Shown here: positions 1 to 7,103 of the stretch, in pieces
Numbering within the stretch: position 1 is the first letter of the stretch
Layout: each line of letters opens with the position of its first letter
Source: Minisyncoccia bacterium
GTDB taxonomy: Bacteria > Patescibacteriota > Minisyncoccia > Phycocordibacterales > UBA918
Length of the DNA stretch: 15,192 bases
Direction: 5' to 3'
Assembly (NCBI GenBank): GCA_964229335.1
Contig: CAXRCZ010000010.1
Location: 1-15,192 of the forward strand
Notes under the pieces: generated by a model
Database searches by the model: none
Seen by the model: the letters and a program-made list of their open reading frames with translations, nothing else
What the model was told of the DNA's origin: nothing
Program-made: the position numbers and the translations under genes

Positions 1-21
1 CATACATCACGCACTAAAAAT

Positions 22-50
22 AAGCGGCTCCTATAGGAGCCGCTTCTTTT
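22..50 (+). terminator. Intrinsic terminator of an upstream gene (only a candidate TAA at 15-17 is visible)
   Basis: Perfect palindrome AAGCGGCTCCTATAGGAGCCGCTT (22-45) followed by CTTTTT. Confidence 0.7.
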
Positions 51-100
51 CAATACAGCCATCACGTGCTATCTTCAGAAATTAGAGAGGAGAGACCCTC

Positions 101-253
101 ATGAAACCATCTCGAAGTAGGAAAATATTTCGAACCGTTACCTCAGTACCGCTGGCAGTAATAATGATGTTGCGCCTAGGAATCCCTGGCATCTGGGAAA
201 TTTTAGAGGACTGGGTGTGTGCAAAATACATAGCCTTTTGGCACACTCGATAA
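101..253 (+). CDS. Small hypothetical protein, 50 aa (MKPSRSRKIFRTVTSVPLAVIMMLRLGIPGIWEILEDWVCAKYIAFWHTR)
   Basis: Translated by hand (not in the ORF track). AGGAG at 88-92 is 8 nt before the ATG; extended -10 TGcTATCTT at 67-75; terminators on both sides. Confidence 0.5.
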   Translation: MKPSRSRKIFRTVTSVPLAVIMMLRLGIPGIWEILEDWVCAKYIAFWHTR

Positions 254-281
254 TTCGCAATATTTTACAGGACCAACACCC

Positions 282-309
282 AAAACCGGACGCCCAGCGT
301 CCGGTTTTT
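282..309 (+). terminator. Intrinsic terminator, probably bidirectional
   Basis: AAAACCGGACGC-cca-GCGTCCGGTTTT(T). Confidence 0.75.
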
Positions 310-332
310 GCCTTTTATCTACACCACATTTC

Positions 333-361
333 TTGCAAAAATCAAAATTTACTTGTATGGT
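333..361 (+). promoter_or_regulatory. Sigma70-type promoter for the ORF at 384
   Basis: TTGCAA (333-338), 17-bp spacer, TATGGT (356-361). Confidence 0.5.
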
Positions 362-383
362 GAAAATTGGAAGGAGAGAGTAC

Positions 384-551
384 ATGGAGGATTCGCATGT
401 TTCAGGGGTAATCAATCCCCAAACCAACCACAATCAGCTCAGCCGACCATCTCCTGGTTACAGCATGCTTTGGGGCTTCGTTGTCCCTTGCGCCGCTGTT
501 ACCATGGCTGTAGCTTTGATTGCTGCAGGCAAAGCTTTCGGTATGAACTGA
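384..551 (+). CDS. Small membrane protein, 55 aa, one C-terminal TM segment
   Basis: Part of ORF-track 333..551; start moved to ATG 384 because AGGAG (372-376) lies 7 nt upstream. Hydrophobic stretch LWGFVVPCAAVTMAVALIAA. Confidence 0.6.
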   Translation: MEDSHVSGVINPQTNHNQLSRPSPGYSMLWGFVVPCAAVTMAVALIAAGKAFGMN

Positions 552-573
552 CGGCTCATCCACCCCCACCACC

Positions 574-603
574 AAGACGCCCCGGATTTATTCGGGGCGT
601 TTT
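574..603 (+). terminator. Intrinsic terminator
   Basis: AAGACGCCCCGGAT-tt-ATTCGGGGCGTTTT. Confidence 0.7.
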
Positions 604-666
604 CTCTATTTCACTTTTAATGCATGTCACAATATGCTACCGTTTTGATTGGAGAGGAGAATGCTA

Positions 667-825
667 ATGCACGATAGTCTACTTACTGACTCACTTACAG
701 ATGCAGAAGCAATACAAATGGAGAAGGAGGAAAGCAAGGAAGACCGCCATCGAATAGGAATCTTCTGGTGGCCAGTCGCTGGAATCGTTGTTCCGGCGAT
801 AGTTGCAGCTATCTTTTTCCGATAG
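667..825 (+). CDS. Small membrane protein, 52 aa (MHDSLLTDSLTDAEAIQMEKEESKEDRHRIGIFWWPVAGIVVPAIVAAIFFR); alternative start 661
   Basis: Translated by hand. AGGAG (655-659) is 7 nt before ATG 667; TGcTACCGT -10 at 635-643; C-terminal TM helix. Confidence 0.6.
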   Translation: MHDSLLTDSLTDAEAIQMEKEESKEDRHRIGIFWWPVAGIVVPAIVAAIFFR

Positions 826-841
826 TTTCATTTCAGACCCT

Positions 842-869
842 TAGGGCTCGCGAGATATCGCGGGCCCTA
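842..869. terminator. Hairpin between the convergent small ORF and efp
   Basis: TAGGGCTCGCGA-gata-TCGCGGGCCCTA, overlapping the efp stop codon. Confidence 0.55.
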
Positions 870-1442
870 CGCTTTTTCGACTCGTTCGGAGTATTCTCCT
901 GATTCAGTATTGATACTAATGATATCGCCTTGGTTAATAAACATCGGTACCGATATCTGTGCGCCAGTTTCAACGGTTACTTCTTTTTGAGCTCCACTTG
1001 AAGTGTTGCCTTTGACGGCTTCCATGGCTTCGGTTACCAAAAGCTCTACTTTAATTGGAATCTTGAGACTAATTACTTCGTCTTCAAATAACACTGCATC
1101 GTATTCTGACTTTTCTTTGAGGAATTTAGCTTGTTCACCAATCAATTCCTCACTAAGTGAAAATCGCTCAGCTGGATTACCAGCCGTGTGGAACCAGTAT
1201 TCACCAGGCTTTTTAAAGATAAAGACCACTGCTTTGGTCTCTAAGTCAGCTTCTTCGGCAGTTTCGTTTTGGTGGAAGGTAATTTCTAACACTCGGCCAG
1301 ATTTGAGATTTTTTAGTTTGGTGATATTAACCGGCTTGCGCTGTTGCTTGCGGAATACGTGTGAAGCCATAACTAGATACGGCTCGCCATCGTGAATAAT
1401 AACTTTCTTGAGAGTTATTTGGTTGTAGGGTAGGACGGCCAT
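867..1442 (-). CDS. efp: Elongation factor P
   Basis: 191 aa. C-terminal EF-P signature KGNTSSGAQKEVTVETGAQISVPMFINQGDIISINTESGEYSER; N-terminal KOW-like domain with KLKNLKSG. Confidence 0.95.
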   Translation of the reverse strand: MAVLPYNQITLKKVIIHDGEPYLVMASHVFRKQQRKPVNITKLKNLKSGRVLEITFHQNETAEEADLETKAVVFIFKKPGEYWFHTAGNPAERFSLSEELIGEQAKFLKEKSEYDAVLFEDEVISLKIPIKVELLVTEAMEAVKGNTSSGAQKEVTVETGAQISVPMFINQGDIISINTESGEYSERVEKA

Positions 1443-1466
1443 AGAATTAATTAGTTAGTGCGGTAG

Positions 1467-1523
1467 ATGGTAGCACAGCGCGTGGTGAGTCAAAATTGAC
1501 AATTGCTCAAAATATTTTAGAGT
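1467..1523. promoter_or_regulatory. Back-to-back divergent promoters for efp (-) and the 1562 gene (+)
   Basis: Plus strand: TTGACA (1496-1501), 16 bp, TAGAGT (1518-1523). Minus strand: extended -10 TGcTACCAT (1467-1475) with TTGACT at 1488-1493. Confidence 0.5.
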
Positions 1524-1561
1524 AGCGGTTGGCATTGTTCTCATGATGAAAGGACTTTCGT

Positions 1562-2044
1562 ATGACTGAAGATGGTTTTTTGCAAAAGGAACCCGAACTT
1601 ATTCATACTCGGCGCATCCCATCCAGATGGTACATTACGCAGTTTTTGTTGTTGCTAGTGCCAACTATTTGGGTCGCTGACCAATGGTTATTTCCAGCCA
1701 TTGCTGATCTTTCAAACCGATTGCTAGACCAGCAAAACCTACCAGAGGCGGACGAAGACTTGATTGTCGCGACCGGAGTGTTTTATGGTCTCGCCAGCTG
1801 GACATTTTGTTGGTTGGTACGGATCATTAAACCGCTGAAGCTGAGCTACAGGACTGGACTGATTGCTCGGTTTAGTCAAGGCTTTCTGATTAGCGTTACT
1901 TTTGCTACGTTTTTTGCACTGGTGTTCGCCGGTGGTCCTCATTTGCTCAATGGTTTTGCCTACGGTTTTCTAGCGACTTCACTCGCTAGCCTAATCGGAG
2001 CTATCGTTCAAGGAGGGAAGGAAGAACTCCGCTTTGTGGAGTAA
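1562..2044 (+). CDS. Hypothetical membrane protein (~4 TM)
   Basis: 160-aa ORF with four hydrophobic segments, AAAGGA RBS, promoter upstream and terminator downstream. Confidence 0.7.
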   Translation: MTEDGFLQKEPELIHTRRIPSRWYITQFLLLLVPTIWVADQWLFPAIADLSNRLLDQQNLPEADEDLIVATGVFYGLASWTFCWLVRIIKPLKLSYRTGLIARFSQGFLISVTFATFFALVFAGGPHLLNGFAYGFLATSLASLIGAIVQGGKEELRFVE

Positions 2045-2066
2045 AACCCTCATCTCCTTGGCCTGA

Positions 2067-2098
2067 AAAAGCCGGTTCGTTTGCACGAGCCGGCTTTT
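2067..2098. terminator. Bidirectional terminator between the 1562 gene and recA
   Basis: AAAAGCCGGTTCGT-ttgc-ACGAGCCGGCTTTT. Confidence 0.75.
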
Positions 2099-2119
2099 CC
2101 TCTATCTGGCTTAGGAAAA

Positions 2120-3187
2120 TTAGTCCTTATCTTCTTTTAATGACTTACGGATATTTTTCAGCAACTCATTCTTAAGCTTAGCGTCCTCTTTGAGGCTGGT
2201 GCGAGCAGCGTCATAGCCACGACCAAGTTTTACTACACTGGAATCATCACCGCCTGGGGGAGTGTATGAATACGAAGCACCGGCCTTGGCCACCATGCCG
2301 TATTTTTCACCTAGGGCTAACAATTCACCTTCGCGACTAATACCTTCACCGTAAATAAGGTCGAATTCAGTAGTTCTAAATGGGGCAGCGACTTTGTTCT
2401 TAACCACCTTTACACGGTGTCGACCACCGACCACCTCATCACCTTTTTTGATTTGGGCGATACGTCGAATATCTAGACGAACAGAAGTATAGAATTTGAG
2501 TGCCTTTCCACCTGGAGTGGTTTCGGGATTACCAAACATCACACCCACCTGCATGCGGATTTGGTTGATAAAGATGACGATGGTCTTGCTTTTGGCAACA
2601 ATACCAGTCAATTTACGCAATGCCTGACTCATCAAACGAGCTTGTTTACCGACGTGGTGAGCACCCATTTCACCTTCAATCTCATCGCGAGGGGTAAGGG
2701 CAGCTACCGAGTCGACCACGATAATATCTAACTTGCCAGAACGAACGAGAGATTCGACTATTTCAAGAGCCTGCTCACCGTTATCGGGTTGGGAGATAAG
2801 TAGTTCGTCTAGTTTGACACCGAGCTTTTTGGCGTACTCTGGATCCATGGCGTGTTCGGCGTCAATAAAGGCACAGATACCATTTTCTTTTTGTGCCTCG
2901 GCCACAGCGTGGAGTGCCAAAGTAGTTTTTCCAGATGATTCTGGTCCGTAAATTTCGATAATTCTACCTCGAGGGTAGCCACCAATACCAAGGGCATCAT
3001 CCAGTCCTATTGAACCAGAGGGAATAGAGGCAACATCAACTCGCTTACCTTCTTCCAGAGTCATGATAGCTTCGTCACCAAACTTGGTTTTGATGCTGCG
3101 GATAGTTTCGGTGATATCAGCACCGTCACTAGCTGATTTTGGGGTAGCGGTGGCTTTTTTAGTAGTTTTTTTTGCTTTTGCGGCCAT
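2120..3187 (-). CDS. recA: Recombinase RecA
   Basis: Walker [10 protein letters not shown]; DSVAALTP; [11 protein letters not shown]; IFINQIR; [15 protein letters not shown]; KNKVAAPF. Confidence 0.99.
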   Translation of the reverse strand: MAAKAKKTTKKATATPKSASDGADITETIRSIKTKFGDEAIMTLEEGKRVDVASIPSGSIGLDDALGIGGYPRGRIIEIYGPESSGKTTLALHAVAEAQKENGICAFIDAEHAMDPEYAKKLGVKLDELLISQPDNGEQALEIVESLVRSGKLDIIVVDSVAALTPRDEIEGEMGAHHVGKQARLMSQALRKLTGIVAKSKTIVIFINQIRMQVGVMFGNPETTPGGKALKFYTSVRLDIRRIAQIKKGDEVVGGRHRVKVVKNKVAAPFRTTEFDLIYGEGISREGELLALGEKYGMVAKAGASYSYTPPGGDDSSVVKLGRGYDAARTSLKEDAKLKNELLKNIRKSLKEDKD

Positions 3188-3198
3188 AGATATAATAA

Positions 3199-3579
3199 TT
3201 AGCGGATAAACGAACTGGGAGAAAACACAATATCTCGGGTTATCTCGCTACTGCGTCCATAACGGTCTTCAGCTCGTAGGGTAACTACAGTATACCCGTT
3301 TTCCAGTACAATTGCCTCCTTGAAATTACCTTGTGGGTCGGTATAAATCTGTCGATCGTTGAGCCACAGGTGAGAGATATTGTATGCCGTACCAGAAATA
3401 AACACTTGTCGTTCGCTCTGAGGTCCTTCCGGAGCTTCTACTACAGTAATTTGTGGACCAATCAATAGATAGCGAGCTTGAAAGACGACAAACGCGACAG
3501 CTAATAGAGTTAGCCCAATGACTAGACTAAAGCCAAACAGTGAACGAAAGGTAATGTTGTCGCTAATAATTTGCGGCAT
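3199..3579 (-). CDS. Membrane-anchored Ig-like beta-sandwich protein (glucodextranase-B-like fold, inferred)
   Basis: 126 aa. N-terminal TM helix, then GPQITV...ISGTA...[14 protein letters not shown]....[18 protein letters not shown]; tightly spaced between ftsK and recA. Confidence 0.7.
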   Translation of the reverse strand: MPQIISDNITFRSLFGFSLVIGLTLLAVAFVVFQARYLLIGPQITVVEAPEGPQSERQVFISGTAYNISHLWLNDRQIYTDPQGNFKEAIVLENGYTVVTLRAEDRYGRSSEITRDIVFSPSSFIR

Positions 3580-3582
3580 ATA

Positions 3583-5793
3583 CTATCGTTCATCATCCTT
3601 ACTATCGTCGGTATCTTGAGCGGGGTTGGAGCTACTTGGATCGTAGATTACTTCGCGTGGTTTGGAGCCGTCTTGCGGACCAATCACACCATTCTCCTCT
3701 AATATATCCATCAGTCGAGCTGCTCGTGAGTAGCCAATTCGTAGTTTTCGTTGCAGATACGAAGTGGAGGCTTTACCGGCTTCAATTACGGCTTGTTTAG
3801 CGTCTTCGTACAGTTCATCATCCCCATCGTCATCGTTGCCGGTTAATGACTTGAAGAAGCTGTCGCCACCACTATCGTCCTGGTTTTCGTCGAAGTTCAA
3901 GGTATCGAGCATGTCAGCGTCTTGCTTCTTGAGGTAGCTAACAACTCTTTTGATTTCTTCTTCAGATACATAGGCTGACTGGAGTCGAACCGGGCGAGGA
4001 CTATCAGCAGATTGGTACAACATATCACCAGCGCCCAGCAACTTTTCAGCTCCCACTGTGTCCAGGATGGTACGTGAGTCGACTTGTGAGGCTACTGCCA
4101 AAGCTACTCGAGTCGGTACATTGGCTTTAATAGTACCGGTAATAACGTTTACACTCGGACGTTGGGTAGCCAAAATCAAGTGAATACCCACCGCGCGGCT
4201 CATCTGTGCCAAGCGGACAATACAGGCTTCTAGTTCACGTGGGTACGCCTGCATCAGGTCATTAAGCTCGTCTAGCACAATTACAATATATGGTAATGAC
4301 TCCGGCAGAGAAGTACTTTCCTCTTGCGGTTTACCGGCTGCGTCAAAGGCTTCTTTGGCCGGCTTGTAGACATTCTTGTGGTAGGAGGTGATGTTTTGTA
4401 CTTTTTCTGCTTCAAGAATATCGTACCGGCGCTCCATTTCTTTTACTGCCCAACTCAGTGCCTTAATGGCTTTTTTAGCTTGGGTAATAACTGGCGTGAG
4501 AAGGTGAGGAATGTTGTTGTATAGCGTCAATTCAACTCGCTTCGGGTCAACTAAAATAAACCGTAGCTGATCAGGGGAGTTGCGGAACAAGAGTGAAATT
4601 ATGAGGTTGTGAATGGCGACAGATTTACCAGCGCCAGTGGTACCAGCAATCAAGCCGTGAGGCATCCGAGCAATATTGCTGAAGTGGACGTTGCCAGTTA
4701 CATCCTTACCCAACGCCACCATAAGTGGATGCGGTGAGTCGGTGTACTCTGGGGTAGACAACAGAGAAGCAAGTCCTACAGTTGCGCGGGCTGGATTAGG
4801 TACTTCGATACCGACTAAGGACTTGCCTGGAATCGGTGCTTCGATTCTGATCGATGGGGCTTTAAGTGCCAACTGTAGTTCTTGTTGTAATCCAGCAATA
4901 CGCGCAATCCGAACTCCTTGCGCTGGCTTGAGAGCGTACCGTGTGATAGTCGGCCCGCTTTCCACCGCGTCCATTTCTACACTAATGCCAAATTCTCTAA
5001 GAGTGCGTTTAATAGTATTGGCGTTGGCCTTAACATCGCCAATCTGAGCCTTACCTTTTTCTTTATTAAGCAGGCTGAGGGAAGGGGGGACATAGGTACC
5101 ACTGAAGTTCTTGATAGTTATATCTTGATTCTTTCCACCTGCTGCTCGGGAAACTTTTTTGTTCACCGTCGAAAATGCTGTGCTCTCAGTAGTATCGTCT
5201 TCTTCTTCGGCATCCTCTGCTTCTTCGGTTTCGGTTGTTTGCGGTAAATCAAATCCTAGCAAGTCATCTTCGTCCCCATCCTCTTCTGTATCTTTTGCTT
5301 TCATGAAAGCTGGTAGTTTGAAGCCGAAGTTGAAGATGAGAAAGAGAGCGATCATTACCGCCCCAAAAATTAGAATGCCGCTGACCGTCATTCCAAGCAT
5401 GGTTGAGAGAGGCCAAGCGAGAGCCAGACCAATCACACCTCCTAGATCTGGTCGATACAATTCTAAAGCACCAAGCAGTGCAACAAACAAAAGAATCGTC
5501 CCAATTACCTTCGAAGTACTAACACGCTCATCTTCGCGTGGATTAAGAAGTACAAATATATATACGACACATGCCAGCGGCGCTAACCAAGCTCCACCAC
5601 CAAATAAAAACAATAAAGCGGTGTGAGTATAGTCACCAACCGGTCCCGCGCTTTCAAGGAGTGAGAACAAAAAGAAAATACCGATAATCGCTGTGATAAC
5701 CGCTCCAATTGCTTGCTTTGCATGCGGAGACAGGTCGTCAAACATCGGTTCTTTTTTTGCGGGAGTTCTTTTTTTGTATTTCCGTTTTGCCAT
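3583..5793 (-). CDS. ftsK: DNA translocase FtsK/SpoIIIE
   Basis: N-terminal TM domain; RIEAPIPGKSLVGIEVPN; Walker A AGTTGAGKS; DPKRVEL; GIHLILATQRPS; gamma domain ASTSYLQRKLRIGYSRAARLMD. Confidence 0.98.
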   Translation of the reverse strand: MAKRKYKKRTPAKKEPMFDDLSPHAKQAIGAVITAIIGIFFLFSLLESAGPVGDYTHTALLFLFGGGAWLAPLACVVYIFVLLNPREDERVSTSKVIGTILLFVALLGALELYRPDLGGVIGLALAWPLSTMLGMTVSGILIFGAVMIALFLIFNFGFKLPAFMKAKDTEEDGDEDDLLGFDLPQTTETEEAEDAEEEDDTTESTAFSTVNKKVSRAAGGKNQDITIKNFSGTYVPPSLSLLNKEKGKAQIGDVKANANTIKRTLREFGISVEMDAVESGPTITRYALKPAQGVRIARIAGLQQELQLALKAPSIRIEAPIPGKSLVGIEVPNPARATVGLASLLSTPEYTDSPHPLMVALGKDVTGNVHFSNIARMPHGLIAGTTGAGKSVAIHNLIISLLFRNSPDQLRFILVDPKRVELTLYNNIPHLLTPVITQAKKAIKALSWAVKEMERRYDILEAEKVQNITSYHKNVYKPAKEAFDAAGKPQEESTSLPESLPYIVIVLDELNDLMQAYPRELEACIVRLAQMSRAVGIHLILATQRPSVNVITGTIKANVPTRVALAVASQVDSRTILDTVGAEKLLGAGDMLYQSADSPRPVRLQSAYVSEEEIKRVVSYLKKQDADMLDTLNFDENQDDSGGDSFFKSLTGNDDDGDDELYEDAKQAVIEAGKASTSYLQRKLRIGYSRAARLMDILEENGVIGPQDGSKPREVIYDPSSSNPAQDTDDSKDDER

Positions 5794-5915
5794 TGATTTC
5801 TTTAAATTCTAAGTGCGTAGCAATGCCCACATAATACCACGCGAACCAGTATACGGAGGTGCAAACATTGAAAGAATAACTAGTCGAATCAGTCATATCA
5901 GACAATATAAAATAC

Positions 5916-5943
5916 TTGCAAAAAGACAAATTACGCCTATAGT
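5916..5943 (+). promoter_or_regulatory. Sigma70-type promoter of the 5965 gene
   Basis: TTGCAA (5916-5921), 16 bp, TATAGT (5938-5943). Confidence 0.55.
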
Positions 5944-5964
5944 AAAGGTATAAGACAGCCAACC

Positions 5965-6723
5965 ATGGACACTATAAAAGACAATCAAATCACTCTTAAG
6001 AGACTATCTGCTGACGAAGGTTTTTATATAAATGTCTTTAATAAAACAGAGAAGATTTTATCAGTAGTTATCTATATATTGTCTCAGATAGATAAAAGAC
6101 AAGTGTCTCAGAGCCACATTGAAATGGTAAAAGACAGAGTGTTACAGACACATCAAAAACTCATCAATTCATTGTCTCTGTTACCAGCGCAGGTGGAAGA
6201 AGGTCTCTTAGAACTACAGTACGAGCTGTTGGGTCTTGAGAGTGGATTGCGTCTCGTCGAAGCAACCGGACATGTGCCAACCGATGTGAATCACCTACTC
6301 TTTACCGAGATCGATGCTGTGCAGCGATATATCAATAATCACTATACCAATACGACCAGTGTATCGCTCAGCCTTACTGCAGAAACAACTTCGCCGAAGG
6401 TAAAAAGTAACGACACTAATTCCAGGAGTTCAAGTAGCCAATCTGGTCAATCAAAAACTCCCCGTACAAAAAAACGCATCGCTATTCCGGCAGGCGACAT
6501 CAGTAGCGACGCTTATCTGGTACACAGTCAACTAACAGACAGAGCCGAGCGTATAAAGACAATTCTTGAGGCTAAACCCCAAGCTTCAGTAAAAGACATA
6601 TCTGAAGTTATAACGGACATTAGCGAAAAGACAATTCAACGAGAATTAAATAGTCTTATAGAAAAAGGACAGGTTATTCGCGAGGGAGAAAAGCGTTGGT
6701 CTAGGTATAGTGTAAAGAAATAA
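5965..6723 (+). CDS. DNA-binding protein: N-terminal helical bundle, S/T/K-rich linker, C-terminal winged HTH (DeoR-like)
   Basis: C-terminus RAERIKTILEAKPQASVKDISEVITDISEKTIQRELNSLIEKGQVIREGEKRWSRY fits a wHTH; the N-terminal ~125 aa are amphipathic-helical. Confidence 0.8.
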   Translation: MDTIKDNQITLKRLSADEGFYINVFNKTEKILSVVIYILSQIDKRQVSQSHIEMVKDRVLQTHQKLINSLSLLPAQVEEGLLELQYELLGLESGLRLVEATGHVPTDVNHLLFTEIDAVQRYINNHYTNTTSVSLSLTAETTSPKVKSNDTNSRSSSSQSGQSKTPRTKKRIAIPAGDISSDAYLVHSQLTDRAERIKTILEAKPQASVKDISEVITDISEKTIQRELNSLIEKGQVIREGEKRWSRYSVKK

Positions 6724-6803
6724 TTTACCAGACCTCCTGTCTTATTTAGTGTCGAATAGATCTGCGCCGGTAATTCTTTCACTAAAAATTACCGTAATTG
6801 TCT

Positions 6804-6832
6804 TTGAAACTTGTACAAGTTTATGGTAGTCT
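6804..6832 (+). promoter_or_regulatory. Candidate upstream promoter P1 with a palindromic operator
   Basis: TTGAAA (6804-6809), 17 bp, TGgTAGTCT (-10 at 6827-6832); palindrome AAACTTGTACAAGTTT at 6807-6822. Confidence 0.5.
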
Positions 6833-7088
6833 AACGAGAGATGGGACGGGTACTATTTGTTCTTATGTATCTATAAATGCAGCAGCAAGAACGCCTACGG
6901 TAGAAACTTGCCAAACATTTAATACATTATCTAATGTACAATTACGTAAGACTGAAAAAATACACTCGTCTACACATACAGACCAACAGTCAGAGATATA
7001 CAGTCATTTCTCTTCCGGTTACGAACTATACGATATGAGTCTCATGCTTATATCCACACGTAGTCGCCTGTAGAGAAGATTAATATGA

Positions 7089-7097
7089 TGCTATACT
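7089..7097 (+). promoter_or_regulatory. Extended -10 promoter P2 for the structured leader and surface protein gene
   Basis: TGcTATACT; the structured region begins about 12 nt downstream. Confidence 0.55.
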
Positions 7098-7103
7098 CTC
7101 GGT

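Larger units (their letters stand above)
5900..6803. repeat. Dispersed AGACA/TGTCT (extended AAAAGACA) motif array over the promoter and both ends of the wHTH gene
   Basis: Hand count: 17 AGACA/TGTCT plus 4 GGACA; six exact AAAAGACA at 5921, 5976, 6094, 6129, 6591, 6626. Confidence 0.65.

Noticed and set aside
203-667. ORF-track entries 203..433 (-) and 308..667 (+)
   Set aside because: They run through terminators and promoters and overlap better-supported small ORFs with RBSs
1003-5626. Antisense ORFs inside efp, the 1562 gene, recA and ftsK
   Set aside because: Shadow frames of conserved genes, Ser-rich, with no recognisable motifs
6798-7073. 91-aa ORF with a TTG start, and an 11-codon ORF at 6841-6876 (MGRVLFVLMYL)
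   Set aside because: The longer ORF starts upstream of the candidate P1 promoter, has no RBS and has no recognisable features. The short one could be a leaderless peptide but is too short to support
5794-7100. Possible oriC or dif site near ftsK
   Set aside because: Only one imperfect DnaA box, no dnaA/dnaN nearby, and no XerC/D dif-like 28-mer recognised
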